Shown here piece after piece: positions 11,701-25,000 of a stretch of 64,000 nt of DNA. Each line of letters opens with the position of its first letter. The first letter of the stretch is position 1. This stretch comes from Lingula anatina (Eukaryota > Animalia > Brachiopoda). The stretch covers positions 62,001 through 126,000 of the forward strand of contig CM120643.1 in NCBI GenBank assembly GCA_051362555.1, in the 5' to 3' direction. The translations under genes were made by a program, and so were the position numbers. The notes beneath the pieces were generated by a model. It was not told the DNA's origin. It saw only the letters and a program-made list of their open reading frames with translations, and made no database searches.

Positions 11701-14121
11701 CAATGAGATACAGGCACTGTATATGCAAACGCCATAGGTATATACGCGACAAGAAACAATGAGATACAGGCACTGTATGTGCAAATGCCATAGGTATATA
11801 CGCGACAAGAAACAATGAGATACAGGCACTGTATGTGCGAACACCATAGGTATATACGCGACAAGTAACAATGATATATAGGTACTGTATGTGTGAATGC
11901 CATATGTAAGTATGTAACAAGTACACTTGGACAATTTAAGTGATTTCATTGCCTTTGACTATTGTAGGTTGTTCAGCCAGATTCCAAAGTGGCCCAAATG
12001 CTGACCAAACCTAGTTCTAAGGGCAAAGGCAAGGGGAAAACTTCTGGGGGAAAGGACACAGAGAAGAATGGACAAAAAGGCTTAGAATTACGTCCACCTC
12101 AAACCCTGAAGGTTTATTAATTGTTGCAACAATTGTAACAAGGAGTAAAGTAAAAAATAAGGTGTTGTAATTGTAATGAAATGAGGATATCAAATTAGCT
12201 AAAACTCTTCCAGTACTATTCTAGATACCAGTTAGTACAGTATCTTTCTGAAAAAATGCTGCAAATTGTCTTCCATTTAAATGTCAATAATTCATTGAAC
12301 AATCAGCCATGAGAAGGATGTCAAGTTTCCCAATAGTCTGTTCTCTTAGAAAGAACATCTGTATGTGATGATATAATTTAACATTTATCCTTCAGACAAT
12401 CAAAACAATGGCTCATGGAGAAAATGGGGAAATCACCTTGAAGATAAAGAGCACTGTTCAATCTGAGAATTCAGAGAATTCTTTAAAAGAAGAGGATGAG
12501 CTTTCAACTCCATTTGCATCACCGGGATCAGATGTCAAGCCACTTTTGAAACAGGAAAACAGGCAAGAATCTGGACTGACAAAAGCAGACAGTTCCAGTG
12601 ATAGTACTGACTCAGGTAAGTTCTCTTTATCTATACAGACATATAGCAAAGTGTTGCAGTGATAGTACTGACTCAGGTAAGTTCTCTTTAATGTCAAATG
12701 TCTAGGTTACACTGAACTTCAGCATAAAAAGCATGGCTGTCCAACAGATATTATAGTAGGAGATCAGCACTTTGTGCAGATGGCCCCGGCTGATTATTTA
12801 GGACAGTAGGTCAAAGGTCAAGGTCAAAATATTTAAATTTTGCTTATTATAAAATGTATACACTGTATTTTAACTGAAGTATTGTTTTTACCAAACAATC
12901 CTGTTTTAACTTAAGCATGAAAGCACTGTGTTTTAACTAAAGCACTGTGTTTTTGCAGGTCTCCCAGGCACTCAGGAGATGACACATGACCGTCACCATG
13001 ACAACCTCACGCTAACAGTCACTGACCTGACAGCCCTCAGTGACCAGTTAGATACTGCAGAACAAAATACTTCTGTGGAAAGTATGTGTCACCTTTACAT
13101 GCTAAAAACTTGGTGGTTTTTTTTAACTTTTTAATATGCACTGTCACTCTCTCGAAATTGTCAGTTTAAGATGTGAATCACAAATTTAAACTAATATATC
13201 TTTTGTCAGATTCAGTTTAAAAGTCCTTCATACATATTTTCATACATTACTTGAGATGAATGAGATATTTAGACAATCACCTACACATTTGGTGTTTCTT
13301 AGAAATTTGCTGGTTTATCAACACTATATATCAATTCCATAATATGTTGGATTGTCATCCTCATATTTGTCATTCCATTGTAGCAACAAAGACTGTCATC
13401 CTGTCATCCTCATATTTGTCATTCCATTGTAGCAACAAAGACTGTCATCCTGTCATCCTCATATTTGTCATTCCATTGTAGCAACAAAGACTGTCATCCT
13501 GTCATCCTCATATTTGGCATTCCATTGTAGCAACAAAGACTGTCATCCTGTCATCCTCATATTTGGCATTCCATTGTAGCAACAAAGACTGTCATCCTGT
13601 CATCCTCATATTTGTCATTCCATTGTAGCAACAAAGACTGTCATCCTGTCATCCTCATATTTGTCATTCCATTGTAGCAACAAAGACTGTCATCCTGTCA
13701 TCCTCATATTTGTCATTCCATTGTAGCAACAAAGACTGTCATCCTCATATTTGTCATTCCATTGTAGCAACAAAGACTGTCATCCTGTCATCCTCATATT
13801 TGTCATTCCATTGTAGCAACAAAGACGTTACCCAAGCGCCCAAACACAGCTCCTGTAAAGAGTGTTCGCACTACATGGTCTAACCCCAAGTCCAGCTCTG
13901 ACACCAACATCACATACCTACCCAACATTCCTGACTGTGGAGAAGACACTACTACTAAGAATACCATCACCTGCAGAGTGGACGTCCACCATGAGAAGAG
14001 TTGGTCACCATCAATATGTGGTCAAGTAGCAGACAAGGGGATAGATAACTTTGCATTTATTGAATCCTTCAGTCACAGTAGTCACTTGAAGGAGGATGCT
14101 GAGGCAGAAACAGAATTCTGA
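915..14121 (+). CDS. Cyclic nucleotide-gated cation channel beta-type subunit (CNGB/TAX-2-like), 3' part; 5' exons lie outside the window
   Basis: Ten GT-AG exons in compatible phases: 915-1056, 2954-3113, 4025-4122, 6096-6292, 7659-7805, 7966-8077, 11968-12111, 12396-12615, 12959-13081, 13817-14121 (stop). They encode pore/S6 [47 protein letters not shown] (no pore Glu, beta-type), the C-linker, and the [24 protein letters not shown]...[19 protein letters not shown]. The protein ends ...AETEF*. The four C-terminal exons are supported only by splice signals and phase. Confidence 0.9.
997..2830 (+). repeat. 101/105-bp minisatellite (~18 copies) made of the 3' 60 nt of the CNG pore/S6 exon plus its donor site
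   Basis: Unit ...ttcatgactgtctactggctgtcaggagtctttatctttgccttgctgataggacag|gtgagtgttcaacgactgtg...; the first copy is the real exon end at 1056. Confidence 0.97.
3438..3865. mobile_element. pearl/CvA-like (HINE-type) non-autonomous element
   Basis: Subterminal inverted repeats acctccgccaagg (~3465) and ccttggcggaggt (~3849), an internal tandemly duplicated core (gatcaccaccaaaaactaatcatctgttcc x2), and a (GACA)n microsatellite before the terminal palindrome. Confidence 0.75.
4326..6101 (+). repeat. 68-70-bp minisatellite (~25 copies) containing the acceptor site and first 6 nt of the CNBD exon
   Basis: Unit gactgtcagttctagctcctgactacaccactgctgtgttctactcatgttctactcctgtgtgtcctag; the last copy reads cctag|gactgt and continues into the exon at 6096. 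Confidence 0.97.
6846..7060. mobile_element. Short palindromic MITE
   Basis: gaaaagtctattttctaaaaatttattttctattcgtggtatctt ... aagataccacgaataggaaatagatttttagaaaatagacttttc, ~45 bp TIRs. Confidence 0.75.
8278..9977. mobile_element. Helentron/HINE-like non-autonomous element, copy 1
   Basis: Start aaacaaggcagcaaagctgtcaaatgtacagac; internal ~160-bp repeats; (GACGGC)n microsatellite; terminal perfect hairpin tatgtacagacac-atct-gtgtctgtacata followed by an A-run. The same terminal sequence occurs at ~23290 and ~52000. Confidence 0.75.
9978..10935. repeat. 66-bp intronic minisatellite (~14 copies)
   Basis: Unit tactactgtcaacacatttaaatcatttccaccagattatgaactcatatatcataccagtttata; two copies carry an 18-bp insert. 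Confidence 0.95.
11345..11906. repeat. 56-bp intronic minisatellite (~10 copies)
   Basis: Unit ggtatatacgcgacaagaaacaatgagatacaggcactgtatgtgcgaacgccata; ends ~60 nt before the acceptor at 11968. Confidence 0.95.
13352..13826 (+). repeat. 49-bp minisatellite (~10 copies) containing the acceptor and first 10 nt of the last CNG exon
   Basis: Unit tcattccattgtag|caacaaagactgtcatcctgtcatcctcatatttg; the last copy continues into the terminal exon at 13817. Confidence 0.95.
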
Positions 14122-15169
14122 GGACTGCATCAAAATAAAAATGCTGAACTTAGACAATTGTTATTCACAACAAATGTCTTTGTATCTCTTTATGTAAAAC
14201 TTATTCCCTACACCAAATTCACTGTCTAGGCAATTTATGTAAACCAAACAATATCACAATTTTGTAGCAGGAAATCCATAACACATCATGATTTTTCTCA
14301 CAAAATTCTGAATGAAATGTACAGATGGGTTTGGCAATATTCACTTAATCTGTATTTTAATCATATAATACAAATTTATAAATTGATATTATGATTGGAT
14401 ATATTTGAGGTTTATAACTTAGACACTGCAGAACGTATCAATGTAAAACTTTAATTTTTTAATCTCAAACAAAACCTGTTGCACTGACTTCACTTTGATA
14501 GAAGCAGAAAGCAAGAACATTGTATCACACAAAGTCCTTGGAACTATAACTAATTTGTGATGTTCTGGAAAGCAGTGACAAGAACATTTCAAATGCTCAA
14601 ATTGCAGTCATATTTATTCTATAATTGGGATTTAAAAAAAATAAGATATCATTTTTCAGGACGGTATCAATTGTCTTTAAATATTTTTCAGTAAAAATGA
14701 TATGTAGATATCACGGTGACTCAGTACACTATGTGAGCATGTTACAGGAAGATGAACATGTAGATCCTACAGCTTGTATGTATTCATGGTACTTAGTGCA
14801 CTAAAATAAATAAATAAATAAACATGTAGATCCTACCACTTATATTGTGACTGAACAGTAATTAAGTAATAAACTTTAGTTAACATTTGGTAAGGATCAC
14901 TCATAAGATTAATGAATGGAATATAAATTTCAATAAGAGAAAAGCATGTTTAAATAACAAAAACAAGATACACATTTTAACTAGTATTTCCATTTGAGGT
15001 AAAGGCATATATTGGTCACATTTTTGAGCTTAGGCTCAATGCATGATAACCTAGTCTCAGAGAACAGACTATTTTCCTGTCAGTTGGTATGAACACTTTC
15101 TCACACAATACAAAGTGTTTTTTGTGTAAATTTACTACCTGTACCTGTACATTTAACACATCTGATAAA

Positions 15170-15450
15170 CAGTAGTATGCAGCAAAATAACTACAATTAA
15201 CTTGGGTACATACAGACATTAAACTTTTTAATTTATTATTTATTATAAGTGAACCACTAAATCACATCACAACAGTAGTATGCAGCAAAATAACTACAAT
15301 CAATGTGGGTATATACAGACATTAAACTTTTTAATTTATTATTTATTATAAGTGAACCACTAAATCACATCACAACAGTAGTATGCAGCAAAATAACTAC
15401 AATCAATTTGGGTATATACAGACATTAAACTTTCTAAGTTATTATTTTTT
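15170..15450. repeat. ~100-bp tandem triplication in the convergent 3' UTR/intergenic region
   Basis: aacagtagtatgcagcaaaataactacaat...atacagacattaaacttt repeated three times. Confidence 0.8.
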
Positions 15451-16092
15451 ATGTAAACAGCGCTGAGACGCATGTGTAGCGCGGTTTTAAAGAAGTGTTT
15501 TATTATTTATTATTATTATTATTTATTATAAGTGAACCACTTAATCACACCATGAACACTAAGAAACTCTAACAACATGAAGCCAAACTGATTCACTTAA
15601 GGGTATTCCAAATTATTTAAGAAAATGCAAAATTAAATTGATAAAACACAAAACATGACCATACACCACAGTTGTGTTTTCAATACTCTGGTATGTAAAA
15701 AAGGACAGTTTCAGATACATATCATCATATAGCCTTGGGAGACATTATCAAGAAATAATAAAAAAAAACATCTAAAATATTATGTGATCATGCAATAAAT
15801 GAGGAATAATCATACAACTAGATAATTTCTTTTCCTGGTAACAATATTTAGAATACCCTCTGTTTAAAAAAAATTATATATAGTGAATTGGGCATTCTTC
15901 AAATTGAATTAAAAAAAATTTTTTTTGATTACATATTAAAAAATGTATCTCTTAAAAAAACAAAATTCTATCTGGGGAGAAAATACAAGTGATTCAAACA
16001 TAGAAATAAGACTACCACTGATAATATGAGTGGTGAAAATCTTCCTTTCTTTTTCATCCTCTCCAACAATAAACATCACTACTGCTGTAACA

Positions 16093-19000
16093 TCACCTCT
16101 TCTCTGACTCTTCCTCACTGTATTCTTCTTCATCATCTTCTTCATCTTCATCATCATCTTCCTCGTCTTCATCATCTTCATCATGCATAGACTGCAAAAG
16201 AAAACCATAATCACACTTTCAAGTTTTAAAGCAACTTACTAGGATGTTGGCATTGTGTTAGCACCATGTGATGTTGGCACTGTGTTAGCACCATGTGATG
16301 TTGGCATTGTGTTAGCACCATGTGATGTTGGCACTGTGTTAGCACCATGTGATGTTGGCATTGTGTTAGCACCATGTGATGTTGGCATTGTGTTAGCACC
16401 AGATGATGTTGGCACTGTGTTAGCACCAGGTGATGTTGGCACTGTGTTATCAACAGGTGATGTTGGCACTGTGTTAGCACCATGTGATGTTGGCACTGGG
16501 TTAGCACCAGGTGATGTTGGCATTGTGTTAGCACCAGATGATGTTGGCACTGTGTTAGCACCAGGTGATGTTGGCACTGTGTTATCAACAGGTGATGTTG
16601 GCACTGTGTTAGCACCATGTGATGTTGGCACTGTGTTATCAACAGGTGATGTTGGCACAGTGTTAGCACCATGTGATGTTGGCACTGTGTTAGCACCAGG
16701 TGATGTTGGCACTGTGTTAGCACCATATGATGTTGGCATTGTGTTAGCACCATGTGATGTTGGCATTGTGTTAGTATTTCCACTTTCACCTGTTAGTGCC
16801 ACCATACACAGAATTTACCCTGAACAAATGATGTCGAAAAATATTGTTAAAAGTTGTATTTCTGAAAGACATGAATTAAGTTGCTATCTGTTTACTTACA
16901 TACATATTCCTCTCATGTTTGGTGCGGCTCAGAGGCTGGGGCTGTTTGTGTTGAGAGGAAGGAGTGGCTTTGTTCACAGAGTTGTTGGTGGAGTTTAAGG
17001 AACTCTTGGAGTTGGCACGATGAAGATCATGTCTCCCCCCAGCTGCACTGTGGGGGCGTAGAGAGTTACGAAATTCCTGAAAATAGTGGGTTAGGGTCAA
17101 CAACTTTTTACTGTAGCAGATAACATTTTACTATAGCGGGTAATAGTTTACAGCATTTTACTATAGTGGGTAATAGTTTACAACATTTTACTATAGTGGG
17201 TAATAGTTTACAACATTTTACTATAGTGGGTAATAGTTTACAGCATTTTGCTATAGTGGGTAATAGTATACAACATACATGATATGAGTTTGAGAATGCT
17301 GTAACAGAAATTTGATGTTTTAATCTAGGTACATAACAGGTCAAGCAAGATTTCTAAGGAAAAGCACATTTTGCATGGACCATTAATGCTTAATTGATAA
17401 TAATCTCTTACACTGGAACAAAAATATTTATCAAACAGGTACTCTCAATTCCAGTGTTCATTTTGTCTCTGTACCAACATTCTCTTAGTTCCCATGTTTT
17501 GTGTTAAATAATATTTAATCACTTTGTCTAAAACAGATGCTTTTGTGACAAGAGTGAAACATAGTTGTTTCATAAATAAGGTATTGTTATCACTTCAATA
17601 TTCATAAGCAGAAATCCTTGGAAACAATTGTTATAGATTACCTCTAAGTCTTCCTCTTCATTGACTGTCTCTAGACTGTGGAAACACTGAGTCAGCAGCT
17701 CCAGGGACTTGGCATGGAACAACATTTCAATCTGAACAAACTCTGTCAGGACATGCTGCAGTCCATGGAAGTAAAAACAAATCATAAACTTCTAGTCTGA
17801 TCACTGACATGATAACATATATGACATGAAGGGATGATACATGTAGTCCATGGAAGTAAAAACAAATCATAAACTTCTAGTCTGATCACTGACATGATAA
17901 CATATAAGACATGAAGGGATGATACATGTAGTCCATGGAAGTAAAAACAAATCATAAACTTCTAGTCTGATCACTGACATGATAACATATATGACATGAA
18001 GGGATGATACATGTAGTCCATGGAAGTAAAAACAAATCATAAACTCCTAGTCTGATCACTGACATGATAACATATATGACATGAAGGGATGATACATTTA
18101 GTCCATGGAAGTAAAAACAAATCATAAACTTCTAGTCTGATCACTGACATGATAACATATATGACATGAAGGGATGATACATTTAGTCCATGGAAGTAAA
18201 AACAAATCATAAACTTCTAGTCTGATCACTGACATGATAACATATATGACATGAAGGGATGATACATTTAGTCCATGGAAGTAAAAACAAATCATAAACT
18301 CCTAGTCTGATCACTGACATGATAACATATATGACATGAAGGGATGATACATTTAGTCCATGGAAGTAAAAACAAATCATAAACTTCTAGTCTGATCACT
18401 GACATGATAACATATATGACATGAAGGGATGATACATGCAGTCCATGGAAGTAAAAACAAATCATAAACTTCTAGTCTGATCACTGACATGATAACACAT
18501 ATGACATGAAGGGATGGTACAGAACTAACAGCCATCTGGAGCCTTCTGGAATTTCTTAAAGCTTCAGAGTTTGGGGAAAGGGATCATAGTTAACCAGAGA
18601 CAATGATACTGGATATATATAGATTGAACAATACAAAAAAGAGAAGAAACAAGGCAGCAAAGCTGTCAAATGTACAGACAAAAAACAGAAAATAAAGATG
18701 CAAAATAGGTCATTTTGTCAATTTTGATGCAATAATAAATAATGCTTATAATAACACAGTCAGTTAACACTGATTTTTAATCATGCACAACAGGTAACAT
18801 GCTCAATAACAGGAGCAGATCCAGAGGTATTTTCTGACAGTATTCCAAATTATATTTGTTGATCCATCCTACACTTTTGATGGTCTTCCAACAGAAAAAA
18901 ATTGATACCAGTCAATGTAAACTTTAAAATCTGACCGTCATCTGAAAGACCCAGAAGATGGCCTCAATACACCCCTGCAATAAGATTACAGTTTCTGGAC

Positions 19001-22000
19001 TATGAGAGTTCAAATTCACATAATGAAAATCCCAATATTTGAAAAATGTTGACAGTGCATAAAATAATATTACATATTGTTTAAAGACATAAAAACGTAT
19101 GCAACTGCTTATGTGGAAATACAGAAAATCTGAAGAGCTTCAGGTGGATGGGAGTTGAAAATGCCAGTGTTTAGAAAAAAATTAAAAAGAAAACACAACA
19201 AAAAAAAAAAATCCAATAAAGCTGCTATTCAAACTTTTAATCTTGCTGTATTAACATGATATGAATAATCCCAATGTGTTTGAGGATAATAAGGCACTGT
19301 TATTCATCTATAGCATTAATGTTGGCATTACACAATTTTTTTTTTTTTGTAAACTTATTTGCAATATTAAACAACATTTACCTGCATAATTATCACCAAT
19401 TCCTAATTATGTGACACAGTTAAGAGAGCTTAACCTATAGAAAATGGGTCATTTTGTCAATTTTGATGCAGTAATAAATAATGCTTATAATAACACAGTC
19501 AGTTAACACTGAATTTTAATCATGCACAAAAGGGAACATGCTCAATAACAGGAGCAGATCCAGAGGTATTTTCTGACAGTATTCCAAATTATATTTGTTG
19601 ATCCATCCTACACTTTTGATGGTCTTCCAACAGAAAAAAAATTGATACCAGTCAATGTAAACTTTAAAATCTGACCGTCATCTGAAAGACCCAGAAGATG
19701 GCCTCAATCCACCCCTGCAATAAGATTACAGTTTCTGGACCATGAGAGTTCAAATTCACATAATGAAAATCCCAATATTTGAAAAATGTTGACAGTGCAT
19801 AAAATAATATTACATATTGTTTAAAGACATAAAAACCTATGCAACTGCTTATGTGGAAATACAGAAAATCTGAAGAGCTTCAGGTGGATGGGAGTTGAAA
19901 ATGCCTGTGTTTAGAAAAAAATTAAAAAGAAAACACAACAAAAAAAAATCCAATAAAGCTGCTATTCAAACTTTTAATCTTGCTGTATTAACATGATATG
20001 AATAATCCCAATGTGTTTGAGGATAATAAGGCACTGTTATTCATCTATAGCATTAATGTTGGCATTACACAATTTTTTTTTTTTTGTAAACTTATTTGCA
20101 ATAGTAAACAACATTTACCTGCATAATTATCACCAATTCCTAATTATGTGACACAGTTAAGAGAGCTTAACCTATAAGACTTGAATGGGAAATCTCAACG
20201 TGTGTTTTATGTAATCTTATTTAATGGGCACTTGAAAATCAATTAGGCAAGTAATTTTATAGCTCTGAATTTAGCTAGTAATTATCCCAAGGGACAATTA
20301 CCACCATCCATAAACAGTAGCCCCATATAGCACTCCATAGAGCTGCATTGCCTCCAAAACAGAAAACAATCACACTGATTTCCAACACAAGCTACACTTC
20401 AGTCCTATGAAACTTTTCAGTAAGTTAGAATATCATAAGTAAAATGGTTTTTCCTTAATGGTCATCCCAGCAGCGATGTCCAAAAAAGGGTTTTTTTCAT
20501 CTTTTATGCAATTTAACATAATGCTTAACAGCACAATGGTCATCAATTTTTAATAATAAAGTAAATGTATCATAGCTATTCAAAAGATGTGACTAGCAAT
20601 GGTATTCAAGCCAATGGAAGTTCAAAGACTAAGTCACACCTTGAAAATGTCCATATGTGAAAATTTTAATTGTAACAAAAAACTATAATGCTTAACAGCA
20701 TAATGACCATCAATTTTTAATAATGAAATAAAAGTATCATGGACATTCAGAAAAATTGATATGGAAAGGTCTTCAGGGCCATGGAAGTTCAGAGTCACAA
20801 CTTCAAAATGCAAAAATGTACACAAGAGATAACTGTACTGAAATGAATTTCTTTCCACTTTCAACACTTTTTTTTACATATATATATATATATCAAAATA
20901 ATCAATTTACTGTCGTTTTTAAATGATCAACTAAGAAAGTTGTTGACATAGGAAAAATATCAATAGAAAAATTATAAATGTCCAATTTGTTCCATTCTGA
21001 GATTCTGAACATGGTGAATAATTGAATCTGACAAACTGTTAAAGATATGAGTTTATTTCCATTTTTGACACTTTATTACACAATGCACAATAACAGGTTT
21101 ACCATCATTTTTATATAATCAACTAACAATATTGTTAAGATGCAGAAAATGTCAAAAGAACACCTTTACATTACTAATTAGTTCACAAATGAGATTCTTA
21201 ACATGCCTATGAATTAAATCCGAGGAAAAAAGACTTATATACAAAAAAAGGCACAATTTCACCAAAACTGAACCGATCAAGCTTATTTTCGAACCTCATC
21301 TTAATTTTAGTAAATCTGATCACCCCTGTGAATTTCAAGACGATTGGCCAATTGATTTTCCTTGAAATGTGTTATCAGTGTTGCACATATGCTGAAATAG
21401 TGAAAAAACAGCATAACTTCCATAAAAATGGCCCGATCAGGCTGATTTTCAAACTTGACCTGCGTATTATGAAAATTCATCATTTCAGTAAGTTTCAAGC
21501 CAAAAGGTAAAACGGTTTTCCACTTATCGTGTTATCGGTGTTGCATTTATGCTGAAAAAAATGAAAAAACAGCATAAATTCCCTATAAGTGACCCGATCA
21601 TGCTGATTTTCGAACTTGACCTGCGTATTATGAATATTCATCAGTTCTGTAAGTTTGAAACCAAAAGGTAAAATGGTTTTCCACTTATCGTGTTATCGGT
21701 GCTGCATATATGCTGAAAAAAGTGAAAAAACAGCATAACTACCCTAAAAATGACCCGATCATGCTGATTTTCGAACTTGACCTGCGTATTATGAATATTC
21801 ATCAGTTTTGTAAGTTTCAAGGGAAAAGGTAAAATGGTTTTCCACTTATCGTGTTATCGGTGCTGCATATATGCTGAAACAAGACAGCACTGTTCTGCAA
21901 TTGGTTTACTTCCATTTTTAAAACACTTTTTTAACATAAAACAAAATAAACAGTTTTCTACCATTTGTATATGATCAACTAAGAAAATTGATGAGATGGG

Positions 22001-25000
22001 AAAAATATCAATAGAACAGTGTTAAATGTCCAATTTCCTCCATTCTGAGATAATGAATATAGTAGATGATTGAATCTGACAAACTGCAATGATATTTGTT
22101 TATTTCCATTTTTGACACTTTATAACATAATACACAATAACAAGTTTACCATCATTTTTACATAATCAACTAACAATGTTATTAAGATGCAGGAAATGTC
22201 AAACAAACACTTTTACGTATCTTATTAGTTCAATAATGAGACTGTTAATATGCCTAACAATTGAATCTGAGGAAATGTGAAAAAACAGCATAACTTCTAA
22301 AAGAATGGCCCGATTATGCTGATTTTGGAACTGAACCTGCGTTTTTTAGTTAGTTTGACTACTCCTGTGAGTATAATGACAATTGGCCTATCTGTTTTTC
22401 TTATATTGTGTTATTAGCGTTGCATATATGTTGAAAGAAGTGAAAAAACAGCATAACATCCCTAAAAATGGCCCGATCATGCTGATTTTCAAACTTGACC
22501 TGCGTATTTTGAATATTCATCAGTTTTGTAAGTTTCAAGCCAAAAGGTAAAATGGTTTTCCATTTATGGTGTTATCGGTGCTGCATATACGCTGAAAAAA
22601 GAGAAAAAATAGCCTAAATTCACTAAAAATGACCCAATCACGCTGATTTTCAAACTTGACCTGCGTATTATGAATATTCATCAGTTTTGTAAGTTTCAAG
22701 CCAAAAGGTAAAATGGTTTTCCACTTATCGTGTTATCGGTGCTGCATATATGCTGAAAAAAGTGAAAAAACAGCATAAATTCCCTATAAGTGACCCGATC
22801 ATGCTGATTTTCGAACTTGACCTGCGTATTATGAATATTCATCAGTTCTGTAAGTTTCAAGCCAAAAGGTAAAATGATTTTCCACTTATCATGTTATCGG
22901 TGCTGCATATATGCTGAAAAAAGTGAAAAAACAGCATAAATTCCCTATAAGTGACCCGATCATGCTGATTTTCGAACTTGACCTGCGTATTATGAATATT
23001 CATTAGTTCTGTAAGTTTCAAGCCAAAAGGTAAAATGATTTTCCACTTATCGTGTTATCGGTGCTGCATATATGCTGAAAAAAGTGAAAAAACAGCATAA
23101 GTTCCCTATAAGTGACCCGATCATGCTGATTTTCGAACTTGACCTGCGTATTACGAATATTCATCAGTTCTGTAAGTTTCAAGCCAAAAGAAAAAACAGT
23201 TTTCCACTTATCGTGTTATCGGTAAAAGTGCACGGCGACGGCGACGACGGCGATGATGGCTATATGTACAGACACATCTGTGTCTGTACATAAAAAGAGA
23301 TAAATTCTGCCAAGGGAATTGCTGCTCATTGGGTCTATTTTTTTTCCAATGACAGATTATATCCACTTATATCCACACACATCCACTTGGAATGCACTTC
23401 AAAAGTTTTTAACATTGGGGCCGACCACAGTAATGGGTAGAAATATTTGAAATGCACTTGGAATTTTAAGAATGCTCTTTGAATATCCAGGAATGCACAA
23501 AAAATTGTCTTTTCGACGGCATTCTTGCTCTTTCTGCCTCTAGTGTGACGGGGGTATAAACAACAAATAGTACAATGTTAATATGACAGAAATGGGAAAT
23601 GTCTTCCTCTGCTAAACAACAGATAGTACAATGTTAATATGACAGGAATGGGAAATGTCTTCCTCTGCTAAACAACAGATAGTACAATGTTAATATGACA
23701 GAAATGGGAAATGTCTTCCTCTGCTAAACAACAGATAGTACAATGTTAATATGACAGAAATGGGAAATGTCTTCCTCAGCTAAGCAACAAATAGTATAAT
23801 GTTAATATGACAGGAATGGGAAATGTCTTCCTCTGCTAAACAACAGATAGTACAATGTTAATATGACAGGAATGGGAAATGTGTTCCTTTGCTAAACAAC
23901 AGATAGTACACTTTAAACTATGAAAACATCCATTGTAATATAACAGTTAATGTAATGCAACCAAACTACCTTGATGTCTCCCAACTTTTTCTTCTCAAAC
24001 TCATCCATCTGTTCCTCCAGTGCCCTGCTGGTCCTTGAGGCATCTACGTGAGCCTTCTGGAGCTCTGTCTCTGCCTGGGACTGGGAGACATGTTAAGGGC
24101 AAACAGCTACAGCCATGGCTTTTTAATGGGCATCTGTTAATTATATCAATATCAAAATGGAAAAGAAACCACTCAAAACTTGAGTAAATCCATACCATAA
24201 AATAAAATTCTAATTATAAAGTTATTGAGCACAAAGAAGATACTGTATTCATTAAACTTAAAATAATAAGGACATACTGTATCCATTAAATTTAAAATAG
24301 TAAGGACATACTGTATCCATTAAAATAATAAGGACATACTGTATCCATTAAACTTAAAATAATAAGGACATACTGTATCCATTAAACTTAAAATAATAAG
24401 GACATACTGTATCCATTAAATTTAAAATAATAAGGACATACTGTATCCATTAAACTTAAATCAATAAGGACATACTGTATCCATTAAACTTAAAATAATA
24501 AGGACATACTGTATCCATTAAATTTAAAATAATAAGGACATACTGTATCCATTAAACTTAAATCAATAAGGACATACTGTATCCATTAAACTTAAAATAA
24601 TAAGGACATACTGTATCCATTAAATTTAAAATAATAAGGACATACTGTATCCATTAAACTTAAATCAATAAGGACATACTGTATCCATTAAACTTAAAAT
24701 AATAAGGACATACTGTATCCATTAAATTTAAAATAATAAGGACATACTGTATCCATTAAACTTAAATCAATAAGGACATACTGTATCCATTAAACTTAAA
24801 ATAATAAGGACATACTGTATCCATTAAACTTAAAATAATAAGGAAATACTGTATCCATTAAACTTAAAATAATAAGGACATACTGTATCCATTCATTTTT
24901 AAGCGCATGAAGCTCATCTGTCATAAAATGTAAAATTTATTATTTAATAAACTTAATGAAGAGAAGCAAAAGGGATACAATTTGCTGGCGATCACTGGGG

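Noticed and set aside
10017-11949. 306-aa and 190-250-aa repetitive ORFs
   Set aside because: Translations of the 66-bp and 56-bp minisatellites with no domain character. The ttccaccag in the 66-bp unit is acceptor-like, but I found no phase-compatible exon.
16226-16998. Mucin-like (PTSHGANTV)n ORF as an alternative CIBAR1 exon
   Set aside because: The 27-bp repeat is open in several frames by construction, and the candidate acceptor phase does not match the exon 8 donors.
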